Source: Octopus sinensis (Eukaryota). Taken from it: DNA of 64,000 nt. Positions within the stretch are counted from its first letter, which is position 1. Every line of letters begins with the position of its first letter. The notes under the pieces were generated by a model. It was not told where the DNA came from, did not search any database, and saw only the letters and a list, made by a program, of their open reading frames with translations. Positions 37,556 through 52,928 of this stretch are shown in pieces. A program made the translations under genes and the position numbers. Where the stretch lies: NCBI RefSeq assembly GCF_006345805.1, contig NC_043012.1:36642001-36706000 (forward strand), written 5' to 3'.

Positions 37556-40500
37556 TATATATAATGTGATTGTGTAGTGGTGTTTCTATGTAGTTGTGTA
37601 TATTGGTATATATGTGTAGCTCTGTGTGTGTGTGTGTAGTGCTATGAGTTCAGTGATGTCTTTGTACAGGTGTGTCTGTGTTTGGGTATTTAGAGGTGTA
37701 TGTATAGCTATGTTTGTTGTGTATATGAGTGTATATGATGTAGTAATGTGTGTGTGTGTGTGTCGAGTCAGATGATGATAAGGGCCCCCAAAATCACAAA
37801 TTGTGTCAGTCAGGTGTCTAAGGTATTGATTGATCAGTTTAGGACATATTGATTTGATCAGCATTAGTTTCAAGATTTGGCGCAAGGCCAGCAATTTCGA
37901 GAGAGGCGGGGACTAGTTGACCCCCAATGCTTGACCTGTACTTATTTTATCGACCCTGACAGGATGAAAGGAGCAAAGTCAACTCCAGTGGAATTTGAAC
38001 TCAGAACATAAGGATGGGTGAAATGCTGTGAAGCATACTGCCCATTGAGCTAACATTTCTGCCTTTCATTTGATCAATATCAATTAATATTGATTAAGGC
38101 AGTGAGTTGGCATTTTGGCCATCTTTGCAACGGTGGCGAGCTGGCTGAGTTGTTTGAACGCCAGGCAAAATGCTTAGTGGTATTTCGTCTGACTTTACAT
38201 TCTGAGTTCAGATTCCACCGAGGTTGACTTTGCCTTTCATCCTTTCGGGGTCGATAAATCAAGTACCAGTTGAGTACTGGGGTTGATGTAATCAACTATC
38301 CCCCTCCCCCAAATTTCAGGCCTTGTACCTCCAGGAGAAAGAATTTTGTCCATCTTTACATTCTGAGTTCAAATTCTACCAGGGTCAACTTTGTCTTTCA
38401 TCCATTTGGGGTCGATAAAATAAGTACCAGTCGAGCATTGGGGTTGATGTAATTGACTTATACCCTTCCCAAACTTGCAGGCCTTGTGCCAAAATTTGAA
38501 ACCAATATAAATAACTTGATTTGATTATCTCCCCTTATTTAGTGTATATGTATGTGGGGGAGGGGGTGGACATACTAACAGTAAGTACTAAACTCTGCCC
38601 CACCCCACAAAAAAAAAACTGGTCCTTATTTTGTTGAAGGAAATGTATCAGCTATAGTCACTTGCTAGATAGATAACCATTATGTAGTTGCATATAATGG
38701 CTATCTATTTAGAAGGCTGACGTGGGCCTTATTTTTAAACAATGTAATTTGTTATAGGGGTCTGAAATAATTCACTACTGTTACAAGTGGGTTGTGAGGT
38801 TTGGTAGAAGATCTCTAATAAGAGGGTCAGTGCAGTGGGTTGATTATATGGTAGGAGCAAGGAAAGAGAGCAGAACTACTCACTCGCTCATAACACCACT
38901 AGGTTCTAAGTTGATCTGTTAGTGAAGGCTTGTGGCTTAATGGTTAGGGATATTCAGTCCATGAAGGGCATCCTGCTGTAGAAACTCTGCCAGATCAAGA
39001 TTGAAGCCTGGTGCAGCCATCTGGTTCGCCAGCCCTCAGTCATTCGTCCAACCCCTCCTATCATGGAAAGCGAACGTCAAACTTTGATGATGATGATGAT
39101 GATGATGATCGTAAAGTTGGGAGTTTGATTCCTGGCGAAGTGCCATGTCTTTGGGAAAGGCACTTTATTTCACATTGCTCCAGTCCACTCAGCTGGCAAA
39201 AATGAGTGAAACCTGTATTTCAAAATGCCGGCCTTGTCACACTCTGTGTCACACTGATTCTCCCTGAGAACTACGTGTGTCTGTGGAGTGCTCAGCCACT
39301 TGCATGTTAATTTCATGAGAAGGCTGTTCTGTTGATCGGATCAAGTGGAACCCTTTTCGTAACTGTAATCAACCGAATGCCAGTTAATGATGACCTGTTG
39401 ATTCTGATCAAAATTTACCTAGCCGCCTGTCACTTGTACATACATACATGACAACTGCCTCATCTTGTCAGATGATAGTCATCTCACAGAAATGGTAGTG
39501 AGACATCTGTATGACATTGGGTTTAATTGACAAAAGCCTGCACAGCATTTTTGGTCACTCTCTTGGTCACCTTAGCAGGTTCCGGTGGTAACCATTGCCA
39601 AAATGACTGCTACTGTTTTGACTGCAAGTTTTACGTCAGAGTATCTTCCTTCTAAAAGAGCTGCATTCCTCCATAGCCTTGTTAAAAATAACAAGAACCT
39701 CCTCTACCCCCAAGAAATCTATTTAATCCAGAGATGGCACTCTGAGCGGGACCACCATTCTAGGTCAGAATGGATCTGCAAGTAATGGGGATTAAGGGTG
39801 ATTCCATACTCCCCACAACTTTGGAACTTCCAAACTTGAGTGTCGCCAATGGTTGCAGTTTAATGTCATACCTAGAACATACATGCATACATAATAAAAA
39901 ATAAATGCGCCCTTTTAAAGCCTAGCCAGGCTCATGGGCCCAGTTTCCCAGTTTCTATGGCATATGTGTTCCCCAGCTGGACGGAACACCAGTAGCATCG
40001 CAGCATTACTCATTTTTGCCAGCTGAGTGGATTGGAGCAACGTGAAATGAAGTGTTTTGCTCAAGACCACAATACGTCGCCTGGTCGAAACAACAACCTT
40101 ACGATCATGATGCTGACACCCTAACCACTAAGCCATGCTCCTCCACACATGCATAAATACATAGGGTAAATGTGTTTGAAGGTTTTTTTTTGGTATGTTT
40201 GTTCCCAAAGAACACTTCTTTTAGTGTTGTTGACACTGGCGGATTGACTGGTACTGCCGAGGTGTCAAAACCACCATGATATCCATGTGGCAGCTGATGA
40301 GGGAGGTATGTTGGATTGTTGGTATGGCTGTTTTTGTATATGTGGAATAGTGTTATAACACATCATTTTGATACATACATATATAATATGCAAGACTTTT
40401 CTCAAGTTTAAAATGTGAATTGTTTTTTGTTATCTATATTCCAACAATGGAGTTATGTATTTTCCTTAAATAATTTAAAACAGAAGGGAACAGGCATATG

Positions 40501-41064
40501 CAATACTTTATTTCAGGGTTATCTCCCCTGCTCCACTTTATCAGAATTAATCACAACACTAATTATTTTTTTCTCATTACGAATGTAATTTTTTAAGTGA
40601 ATATATTAATGATTCTTGGCTCACTACATTATCTATGTTAATGCCCACTTTACTGTTTGTTTTTCATATAAAAGGGAGACCCTGAGTACTTCTCCCCCAC
40701 CTCCCTTTCTCTCTCCCTCTTTCAGCCTTATTCGTTGTTTATAAAGAAAAGAATAGTCTTACCATGTCTAGAGATTGCGTGTTACAGCAGTGTGGTGGTG
40801 GTGGTGGGGGTGGCGGTACACACCGCACTGCTGTGAATACAGAAGTGGTTGCTGTGTGTGTGTATGTATGTATGTGTGTGTGTGTGTGTGTTTACTGGTT
40901 CTAGCTACACTCTCTAGTGTGAGTATCTAAGATCCACCCTCCCTCCAACGTATACTCTGATACTCTGCATGACTCAACATGACCAGCTGACAATAGGTGA
41001 AACCTAAGATCTTGATGTGATGTCCTACTTACCACACACAAGCACACACACACTGTGTGTGTGC

Positions 41065-41107
<43 letters not shown>

Positions 41108-41161
41108 CACATCTTTACTAATAAGCATGTGTATCATATAACTTTTGAAGAAAGAAAACAC

Positions 41162-41194
<33 letters not shown>

Positions 41195-44089
41195 ATCTCT
41201 GCACCCCCTCCACACACACACATAAGCACAAGCAGACACACAAACACCCGTATCATATATCTTTGGTAGATCTCAACAGACAGTTCATCACTTGTTTTCC
41301 AGATGCTGTATTCCAATAATAATATCACCCGATATATTTATTTATCAATAAATATCATTATACATATTATTTTAATGTATATTGATAAAATAAGGTGGTG
41401 AGCTGGCAGAAACATTAGCATGCCGGGTGAAATTGCTCAGCGGTATGTCATCTGTCTTTACATTCAGAGTTCAAATTCTGCCGAGGCCGACTTTTCCTTT
41501 CATCCTTTCTGGGTTGATAAATTAAGTACCAGTTGCGTACTGGGGTCAATCTAATTGACTGGCCCCCTCCCCCGAAATTTCGGGCCTTGTGTCCTAGAGT
41601 AGAAAAGAATATATATTGCAAGCTAGCAGAAATGTTGGACAATGTTAGAGGTGCTGGACAAAATGCTTGGTGGCATTTCAACTGTCTTACATTTTGAGTT
41701 CAAATTCTGCTGAAGGTCGACTTTGCCTTCTATCCTTTGGGGTTGATGAAAATAAGTACCAGTTGAACACTGGAGTTGATGTAATCAACATACACTATTC
41801 CTTGAAAATGTCAGCCTTGTACCAAATTTGGAAACCAAAACATTGATAAGTTATCATATATATAGGTGCAAGAGTGGCTGCATGGTAAGAAGCTTGCTTC
41901 CCAACCACATGGTTCCAGGTTCAGTCCCACTGCATGGCACCTTGGGCAAGTGTCTTCTACTATAGCCTTGGGCCGACCAAAGCCCTGTGAGTGGATTTGG
42001 TAGACGGAAACTGAAAAGAAGCCCATCGTACACACACACACATGTTTGTGTGTCTGTGTTTGCTCCCACTATTGCTTGACAACTGATGTTGGTGTGTTTA
42101 CATCCCCGTAACCTAGCAGTTTGGCAAAAGAGACCAATAGAATAAGTCCTGGGGTCGAATTGTTCGACTAAAGGCGGTGCTCCAGCATGGCGACAGTCAA
42201 ATGACTGAAACAAGTAAAAGAATAAAAGAATATATATATATATATAATATATATATATACATACATTACACACATACTCACACACACCTTGCAAATATTC
42301 ATATATTGGCTTTCCATACACATGATTTGGCTGAATCTTCTCCTGTCCAGTTTCTCATCAATTAATTACTCTCCTGAATAATTATTCCCTATGTGAATTT
42401 CAGTTTCATGGTAAAAGACACCATTCGAGCGTGATCGTTACCAGCATCGCCTTACTGGCACCTGTCCCAGTGGCATGTGTAAAAGATCCGAGCGAGGTTG
42501 TTGCCAGTGCTGCCTGACTAGCCCCATGCCACTGGCATGTAAAAGCACCCACTACACTATTGGAGTGGTTGGCATTAGGAAGGGCATCCAACTGTAGAAA
42601 CTCTGCTAGATCAAGATTGAAGCCTGGCGCAGCCATCTGGTTCACCAGCCCTCAGTCAAAATCATCCAACCCATGCTAGCATGAAAAACGGATGTTAAAC
42701 AATGATGATGATGGTGATGAGACCAGCTTTTACCATATTTCATGGTTTTCTTCTTCCACAGATTCCCTTTTGTTTGAATCACTTGGTGCTCCTTTACTCA
42801 GCAGTTGTCCTCCATATCCATATCAACACAGTCCCTCTCTTGCACACAACTCCTAATTCCTTGTCCGCCCAGTCTTATTCTCCGTTCGCTACTCGTTTAC
42901 CATTGCCTCTTTACTCCACCAATGCATGTCAAACGAAACAGAAGCATGCTTGCCTCATTCCTTTCCAACCATTGCTAACAATCTGAGCTTCCAATGTCCA
43001 TGTTTGCCTTCCATACAGCAATTTCACACATGATGCACATGCATCGTACAATCTCTGCCCTTCACTCAAAGAACCCCTTTGTTACCCATCGTGGTAATAA
43101 GCTCCTCAAACTCCACCCACCTTCTTCTTACTCTAACTAAGAGGTTTGCAGAACAGCCACCCCCACTGATGGTGTGGGTCAGCTAAGAAACAGAAGCTGT
43201 CAGTTACTTTGATGGAACATTCCAGGCATTTGGAGGAGTTCATTTCATGCCTGACTGTCATCTGTTTATCCCCTTGGGCCTGGTGCAGCCCCCTGGCTTC
43301 CCGGACCCCAGTTGAACCGTCCAACCCATGCTAGCATGGAAAGCGGACGTTAAACGATGATGATGACATCTGTTATTTACAAGTCTTTCCCTGTCAGCTT
43401 CAATGGGGTCCCATTGCAGTTCTTGTGTACCTCAAATTTCCATTTCTATGCTGGTGCCACATAAAAAGTACCCAGTACGCTCTGTAAGGTGGCTGGCGTT
43501 AGGAAGGGCATCCGACCATAGAAACCATGCCAAAGCAGACAATGGCACCAATTAGTTAACGATTTTAATTTGGTGTTTCTCTGCTTGCTTCTCTCTCTTT
43601 GGAGCATCTCCTTTGTCCTTATAACAGTTTATGATAATGCTGTTATGCCATTCATTGGGTGGATATCCCACATCATCACCATCATCATCATCTTTTAACA
43701 TCCACTTTTCCATGATTGCATGGGTTAGATGAAATTTGTTGAGACACTTTTTTTTGCGGATGGATTCTCTTCCTCACCTGTTTCCAAGCAAAGTAATATA
43801 TTTCTCCATGGAACACTGAAGACAAACCACATCACTTGCATGACCCTGATGCCCATTCAGCATCATTGCATGATGTCAAGTTACCCACAAACACACATAT
43901 ACACAGCAAGCTTCTTTCAGTTTCTGCCTACCAGATCCACTCACAAGGCCTTGGTCAGCCCTGGGGCTGTAGTAGAAGTCATTTGCCCAAGGTGCTGTGC
44001 AGTGGGACTGAACTCAAGACCACATGGTTTGGAAGCAAGCTTCTTAACCACACAGCAATACCTGTACCTGAACTAACTGATCCACTGCA

Positions 44090-44560
44090 CGAGAGATGAC
44101 TGTGTCCAGCTTTGCAGAATGGTTCTAGCATTCCACTGACTGTTCTCAAGGGCTTGGCTGCTTTTCCTGCCTTCATATCCTTATTTGCTGTCACCCTCAA
44201 TATCTGATCCCTCTGCTGGGTCAATAAGAGGTAGTCCTTCTTTCACCGTTTCACAGCAGCATTTCCATGCCTCTCTCTCTTCAATGAGGACAGGATTGCT
44301 TTTATCATTCTATTCCCCTTCTTCCTCAATAAACTCCTGATTCGTACTGGTGCCATGCCACACTGTTTGGCAATTGGGAACACCTCGTACTTTTGATCCT
44401 CTCCCCTTGCAGAACATTGGCAAAGCACTTTCAGCTCCTTTCCTGGCATATCAGCTTTTCTTCTGGGTTCGGAATTGCTCCTTGGTCAGTCCTTCTGATT
44501 ACACACTCTCATCCTAGTCCATGTCCTGAAAAGGACCACTGATTGACATGAAATCACTCA
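44090..44560 (-). mobile_element. Degenerate RTE LINE remnant
   Basis: Minus ORFs KYEVFPIAKQC and ANKDMKAGKAA..LRTVSGML match RTE linker regions. Confidence 0.6.
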
Positions 44561-47299
44561 TAAGTACTCTTCAGCCTCGCAGATGCACTGTCTCTTCTTC
44601 TTGCTTATGCTACCACTACCATAATGGCCTCTGGCTGGGCTCATGCCATCTCCACTCAGGCATTCTCTCTCCACTCATCTCTTCTCTTCTTCACATTCTT
44701 GTATCCAACCCTTCTCCTACCCCAGCACTTGTCACTCTTCCCAATCCTTCCTCACCCAGAATGTTATCCCTTTGAGATCTCCCCCCCCCATGCCCCTCCT
44801 TCTTGCTCATATCTTCCCCTACAAGTGGAAAAGTTCAAGAGAAACATTAATAGCATCAATCTCTCCAGTGTTGGGGAGTCCTTGAAGGTGATGGAGACTG
44901 GCCTTTCTTTCTCTACCAACTAACTTCTCCCCCCCTCCCCCCAAATTTCAGCCCCTTATCTGCTGAGAATCGGTAATGCGTCAGACAAAAACACCTTTTA
45001 CTATTTTTTTCCAGCTCTTTATGTTTTGAGTTCAAATGTTGACAAAATCAACTTTGCCTCCATCTTTTGCTTGATCAAATAAAGTACCAGTCAAGTACTG
45101 GGGTTGATGGTATTGCGCCCCCACCCCATCAAAGAAATTGCTGGCCTTGTGCCAAAATTTGAAACCATTATTATTATTATTATTATTATTATTAAGGCAG
45201 TAAGCTGGCAGAGTTGTTAGACGATATGCTTTGCAGTTTTTCTTCTGGCTGTTCACATTCCGAGTTCAAACCTCACCGAGGTTTGCTCTTCATCCTTTCA
45301 GGTTCAACAAATTAAAGTACCGGTCAAGTACTGGAGGTTGGTGTTATCAACTTGCCCATTCCTGCTAAAAAGTTATCAACTTGTGCCAAAATCTGAAACC
45401 ATCACTACCACCACCACCACCACCACAACCACCATCACTATCATTAATCTTATCATCACCACCACAACCATTATCATTACCACCTCCACCACCACTACAT
45501 TGGGGCATACATTTTCAGAATCACTTGTGCTTTGGGCAAAATACAGTAACCCTTCGACTATTGCGGGTGTTACCTTCTAGAACCCCCCGTGGTAGGTGAA
45601 AATCTGCGAAGTAGAAACAGTACTGTGTATTTTTTTATTATTTTTAAAATTGTATATATTGGTGTTATTAAGGGCATTCAGCTATAGAAACACTGCCAGA
45701 TCAGACTGGAGCCTGGTGCAGCCTCCTGGCTTCCCAGACCCCAGTCGAACTGTCCAACCCGTGCTAGCACAGAAAATGGACGTTAAACAATGATGATGAT
45801 GATTTATTTTATTATAAATGCAAAAAAAACACTGTGGAGGAATCGATGTAAGCTTAATTAATAAACCGTAATAGGTGAACTGTGATATGGCGAGGGATTA
45901 TTCTACCTTGTTGTATTCAGTTGTGTTTCATTGCATTCAGTGTTCATATCTCACCAAAGGGTCAGTCGTGCCTTTCATGGTTCTGGGGCCAATGAATTGA
46001 ATGCTGGTCAAATACTGGGGTTAATTAAACCAACTGTTTCTTCTCTCTTCTGATAATTTGTAGCACGTGTATGGAAGTCAGCAATTAATGTTTTTAGAAG
46101 TCCATGGTTGGCAGAATTGGTAAGGTGGTGAGCTGGCAGAATTGTTAGCACGCCGGGCGAAATGCTTAATGGTATTTCTTCTGCCGTTACGTTCTGAGTT
46201 CAAATTCCGCTGAGGTCGACTTTGCCTCTCATCCTTTTGAGGTTGATAAATTAAGTACCAGTTATGCACTGGGGTCGATTTAATTGATTTGATCTGTTTG
46301 TCTGTTCTTGTTTGTCCCTTCTGTGTTTAGCCCCTTGTGGGTAGTAAAGAAATAGGTATTTCGTCTGCCGTTACGTTCTGAGTTCAAATTCTGCAGAGGT
46401 CAACTTTGCCTTTCATCCTTTTGGGGGTCGATTAAATAAGTACCAGTTACGCATTGGGGTCGATATAATCGACTTAATCCGTTTGTCCTTGTTTGTCACC
46501 TCTGTGTGTCGCCCCTTGTGGGCAGTAAAAAATAAGAAGTGGTAAAGTGTCAGATAAGATGGGGAGGGAGGGGGGAGAGAAGGTGCAAAAAGGAGGCGAA
46601 TGGTGGGTGTGGTGAGGGGGGTGGAGAGGAAAGGTAACTGAGAAATCCAGGTGATGTAGTATGTGCTTAGTCTGTTCTTAGGTAATAGAGGATTGATGGG
46701 TGGTAGGGGATGAAATGTGGGGGTGGGGGCAGAGAGGATGGAGGTAAGCATTACGGAGGTGGTCTTCTTGAGTGCAGTAGAATTGAGAACCTAAAACCAC
46801 TTTGGTAATGCTTATCTCCATCCTCTCAGCACCCCCCTCACATTTCATCCCGATACATTGTGTGTGTGTGTGTGTGTGTATAAGTGCCAACATACGAAAC
46901 TCTTGGACCTTGAGTCACTCTTGCTTCTGCTAAATATTAACAAATACACACACTCACAAACATGTACATGTATCATCATCATCGTTTAACGTCCGCCTTC
47001 CGTGCTAGCATGGGTTGGACGATTTTGACTGAGGACTGGCGAACCAGATGGCTGCACCAGGCTCCAATCTTGATCTGGCAGTGTTTCTACAGCTGGATGC
47101 CCTTCCTAACGCCAACCACTCCGAGAGTGTAGTGGGTGCTTTTTACGTGCCACCGGCACAGGGGCCAATCCGGCGGTACTGGCAACGACCTCGCTTGAAT
47201 CCTTTTACACATGCCACCGGCACAGGTGCCAGTAAGGCGACGTTGGTAACGATCACGCTCGAATGGTGCCCTTTTACGTGCCAGTAAGGCAGTATGTAT

Positions 47300-48068
47300 A
47301 TATATATATATATATAACACATACATACAGTTTTGTCTATCCTGTTTGCATTGTGAAACCTCTTTATCTGTCTGTGTGCCCCTCTGTATATATTAGTTAA
47401 TCGTCTTCAGCGCTTAGCTGTTTAGGGTCCGATCCTTGTGTGATTTGAACCCTGGAAATAAAAAGACAAAACGAAATACTACCTATCTATTTTGTCATCC
47501 GCTCTCGTAATTTTTTATCCATACACCACCACCATAACAGTTTCTAACACTTACACGGCGAGTTTACGTAATTTTGGTGGCGGGAAAGTCGATTAAACCG
47601 ACCTCAGTAGGATAAATGATAAAAAAAAGATATTGCAGTATTTAACACCAGGGCTTTGTTATATACCACTTGTTTATGTTCTTGCTTCTAGAGGCCACTA
47701 CAAGTTTTTGTATCAGGAAGGACTTTTCCGCCGTAAAAGCCTCTTTCTTACCAGCATAGGAAACAAATGAGCGCAAAACCGATCACGATGACCCTCTTTC
47801 CCCCAACACCTTGTCTCGGTTACCATCAGATATATACGAGATCAGTGGTTCCCAACCTGTGGTCCGCTTGGGTAACACTGGGGGTCTGTGAACTAAATTT
47901 AAAATTTCATATATATATGGCTGTGGTAAGTAGCTTGCTAACCAACCACACGGTTCCGGGTTCAGTCCCACTGCGTGGCACCTTGGGCAAGTGTCTTCTG
48001 CTATAGCCCCGGGCCGACCAATGCCTTGTGAGTGGATTTGGTAGACGGAAACTGAAAGAAGCCTGTCG

Positions 48069-48131
<63 letters not shown>

Positions 48132-49102
48132 TTGTGTGTCTGTGTTTGTCTCCCTAGCATTGCTTGACAACCGATGCTGGTGTGTTTACGTCCCCGTCAC
48201 TTAGCGGTTCAGCAAAAGAGACCGATAGGATAAGTACTGGGCTTACAAAGAATAAGTCCCGGGGTCGATTTGCTCGACTAAGGCGGTGCTCCAGCATGGC
48301 CGCAGTCAAATGACTGAAACAAGTAAAAGAGTATATATATATATATATATAACACATACATACAGTTTTGTCTATCCTGTTTGCATTGTGAAACCTCTTT
48401 ATCTGTCTGTGTGCCCCTCTGTATATATTAGTTAATCGTCTTCAGCGCTTAGCTGTTTAGGGTCCGATCCTTGTGTGATTTGAACCCTGGAAATAAAAAG
48501 ACAAAACGAAATACTACCTATCTATTTTGTCATCCGCTCTCGTAATTTTTTATCCATACACCACCACCATAACAGTTTCTAACACTACACGGCGAGTTTA
48601 CGTAATTTTGGTGGCGGGAAAGTCGATTAAACCGACCTCAGTAGGATAAATGATAAAAAAAAGATATTGCAGTATTTAACACCAGGGCTTTGTTATATAC
48701 CACTTGTTTATGTTCTTGCTTCTAGAGGCCACTACAAGTTTTTGTATCAGGAAGGACTTTTCCGCCGTAAAAGCCTCTTTCTTACCAGCATAGGAAACAA
48801 ATGAGCGCAAAACCGATCACGATGACCCTCTTTCCCCCAACACCTTGTCTCGGTTACCATCAGATATATACGAGATCAGTGGTTCCCAACCTGTGGTCCG
48901 CTTGGGTAACACTGGGGGTCTGTGAACTAAATTTAAAATTTCATATATATATGGCTGTGGTAAGTAGCTTGCTAACCAACCACACGGTTCCGGGTTCAGT
49001 CCCACTGCGTGGCACCTTGGGCAAGTGTCTTCTGCTATAGCCCCGGGCCGACCAATGCCTTGTGAGTGGATTTGGTAGACGGAAACTGAAAGAAGCCTGT
49101 CG

Positions 49103-49165
<63 letters not shown>

Positions 49166-49365
49166 TTGTGTGTCTGTGTTTGTCTCCCTAGCATTGCTTG
49201 ACAACCGATGCTGGTGTGTTTACGTCCCCGTCACTTAGCGGTTCAGCAAAAGAGACCGATAGGATAAGTACTGGGCTTACAAAGAATAAGTCCCGGGGTC
49301 GATTTGCTCGACTAAGGCGGTGCTCCAGCATGGCCGCAGTCAAATGACTGAAACAAGTAAAAGAG

Positions 49366-49370
<5 letters not shown>
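47300..49370. repeat. Near-identical tandem duplication, unit about 1034-1035 bp
   Basis: ORF-track duplicates at 47767/48801 and 47783/48817. Units are joined at (TA)n tracts; a one-base indel is visible (aacacttacac versus aacactacac). Confidence 0.95.
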
Positions 49371-49427
<57 letters not shown>

Positions 49428-49612
49428 AAGAAAGAGATAGAGATAGGCGCAGGAGTGGCTGTGTGATAAGAAACTTACTTTCCAATCACCTGATTCCACG
49501 TTCAATCCCACTGCGTGGCATCTTGGGCTAATGTCTTTTCTGCTATAACCTCGGGCCGATTAAAGCCTTGTGGGTGGATTTGGTACCCGGAAACTAAAAG
49601 AAGCTGATCGTA

Positions 49613-49683
<71 letters not shown>

Positions 49684-49840
49684 CGTGCGTGCGTGTATCT
49701 GTCCCCCACCATCGCTTGACAACCGATGTCAGTGTGTTTTCGTCCCTGTAACTTAGGGGTTCGGCAATAGATAACGATTAAGTCACGGGATCGATTTGTT
49801 CGTCTAAAGGCGGTGTTCAAATAATTGAAACAAGAAAAAA

Positions 49841-49898
<58 letters not shown>

Positions 49899-52800
49899 TG
49901 CGCGCACGCACGCGCACACACATACACACACACAAAAGGATAAGCATATTAAAAGGGGTCCGTGGGAAAACTCATTTAAATAAAAGGGGTCCTTGGTAGT
50001 GAAAAAGGTTGGGGAACCACTGTCCTAGGTTCTGCAATGTTATCACCGGTTCGAATGTGTTAGTGGCGTATTTGAAAAGAAGCCGTTTACTGTGTTTTGT
50101 CATGGAGAAAATTTCTCTCTGCTTGGCGCTCCCACCTTACAATATTAGGTTCTGTTACAAGGGCTTGGACGTCCACAAAGCCTTTATGCTCCCCAAACGA
50201 CGGAACTTCTACTGGTTGCCCGACTTGCTAGATATAACACCCACAATTCCCTCATCATGCCCCGTCATCTTAAAAATATATAACGTAGTCCTAGATACAC
50301 TTGGCCTGCCAGAAAGAAAAGGAACAGAAAAAGCGAGAGAGTCGCGACTAGAACGTCTTTGGTCATTGATCTGTTTGATCAGATCTGAGCAAGAGCCAAA
50401 CGGCAACATGGCCCTCGTTTTAGTTTTAGTATTATCTTTGTGTTGGTCATTTCATTAAAACAATATTTCGTTGGAGAAAATGTGAGAAAAGATAACGTCC
50501 TTGAACGTCTGCGCGGCCGTCCTCCGCCATTCCTGGTGTGAACCTATAGCATTTCATGATTTACCTCAGAGATTCCTTTAGGAAAGGCATCAACACCTCT
50601 AACTCCCACTAAAATCATTTCAAACTTCGTAGTTCAGTCCAAATGATGTAGGCCCGTGTTTCTCAACCAATTCTTTTTACATATGGACCCTCATAGCCAT
50701 TTGATGTTAAAAAAAACCCCAATTATTATATTTTTAGAATTAAATAGTATTACGAATTGTATAAAAGAAATTGTTAAAAATGTTTTTCCTATTGTAGGAA
50801 AAAAAAACCCCCAATGGTTCACAGAATTTAATTTTGTCCCTGTTCATCTCGAGTTAAAATCCTGGCCGCCGATAACCCTCTCTTTTCTCGGTGTCTGGGT
50901 GAGTTGATTAAACCGACTCTACGCCGCCTCTCATCATATTCTCGGTTCTGTATCAGTGGGAGAAACCAATGTAATTACTGGTACCAGAATATGAAAGGGA
51001 TAAAGTTGTCAGGGAGTCGAACCAGCGACTCAGTTTCGAACTCCGACTGGAATAGTTTCTCTTCAGTTAGTCCCTTACTTATCTCGTTGGAAGAGCCATG
51101 AACATCACAACATCCTCTTTATCATTTCGTATAGTAGTAACACAAAATTGGTTTCTGTTTTTTTTTTCTTTCTTTTCTATTTTTTGTTTGTTTGATGAAT
51201 TGAATTCAGTCCTGCCAGGATTCGAACTCGAGATCTGGGAGAGACTAAGTTATTGTAACGAGTTTTATAGTCCAACGCTCTGATGTCACAACTGCCTCAG
51301 CTTGCTTCTATTTATATTAGAAATTGTTAGCATTATTCGATTGTTGTATTAACACCACCACCACCACCACCACCCGCCACCGTCATTATTATCATTACCG
51401 TCCCCACCACCGTCACCCTAACCATTATCAACACCACCATTATTATTTTTATTACCACCACCACAGCCACCGCCACCACCATCATCATCATCACCATTAA
51501 CAACAAGTCGACAGTCTATAACAACAAATATGGCAGCTGGTATTGAAGGTTTTTGTTGTTCTGTTGTTTTGTTTTGCTTTTGTTTAGTTTTGTGTGTTTG
51601 TGTTTTTCTTTTATTTTCCTTCATCTGAAAGGAATTCTGATGCTATCATATTTGACTATATAGTCAGTCTGGTAACATTGTTATTTTGCTAACAATGTGA
51701 GGTTTTTTCGCCTTGATTTTGTTGTTGCTGTTGTTAACAACACTACCGCCACCACCACCACCACCACTACGTAGTAATAGTAGTTGTGGTGGTAGCAGTA
51801 GTAATAGTGGCAGAGCATTGTAACTTTTAATTGTTCTCTAACAAAGCACTTGGTATTCCCCCTCCTCTCCGTGGAACTGCACCCAAATGTTATGGTGTAA
51901 ATATATATATACATATATATTATATAATATATTATATAATATATTATATAATATATTGTATAATATAATATATATATATATATATATTATGCATCTCTCT
52001 GTTAAATATATCTCTGGGTAGCACGCAATATGTGTATGAATCAGTTGTTGGTTTTTCTTCCCTTTTTCCCCCCCAAGTTCAATTTAAATGTTGTTTCGAT
52101 GTTGGAAGAAATAAAAAGTCAGGAATGAGTGAATGGAGGGGAGGAAGGGTGAGGCGAAAAAAAAAGCTTTTGGTTTTAGTAGAAAGAATAAGAATAATAA
52201 AAGAGAGAGAGAGAGAGGGCGAAGCGATGAAGCTAGAAAGAGTTGTGTGTGAAGTAGGTTTGCTGTTGGTAGTTAGGCAGCTGCTGTCTGCTTGCTTGTT
52301 CTACTTTTCTCTTGAAAACCAACCTACCACCATCAGCAGCCTGCTGTTTGTTGTTGTTTACAGTTAAACTGCTTGTCGATATAACAACCCTGTTGTTAGG
52401 CTTACTCAGAGAGGGGCGGCAGTCAGTTGTTGGTGGCTAGCTACACTCAGTACACATCGATTTACTGCAGTCTGACCTAAATCGACCATCACACAGAACG
52501 GTAAACAACGCACCACAAGCTCGAGAACATTCGCTGAACGCAGTTTAATACACATGTACTCAAGTTGTGATTTGGTTAGAACATCTCAGCGCCCAGCTTC
52601 TCTTCTTCTGCTCATATAAAACCAAGCGATATTCTGTCTAATGTCTCATGTCTGCTCTTATTTGAACAGTTTAGTCGTGGTTTAGCCGTTTTTTTCCCTC
52701 ACTTCTCTGCACAGACTCGTGTAACAATTTTCATTTGATATATTAAAACCAGTCGAAAGTTTTTGATGTCGAATCTCTCAGGTAAATCTTATTTCACAAC

Positions 52801-52928
52801 TTGACACAACAAGCTAAGCTTATTACTGTGTTAATCGGATTAAACAGTTTTTTTTTCTGGTTGGCAACGTGGCTGACGCACAACTGCAAAGAAGCTTTGT
52901 ATAGAGAGTCTCTGTTGTGACATCCAAA

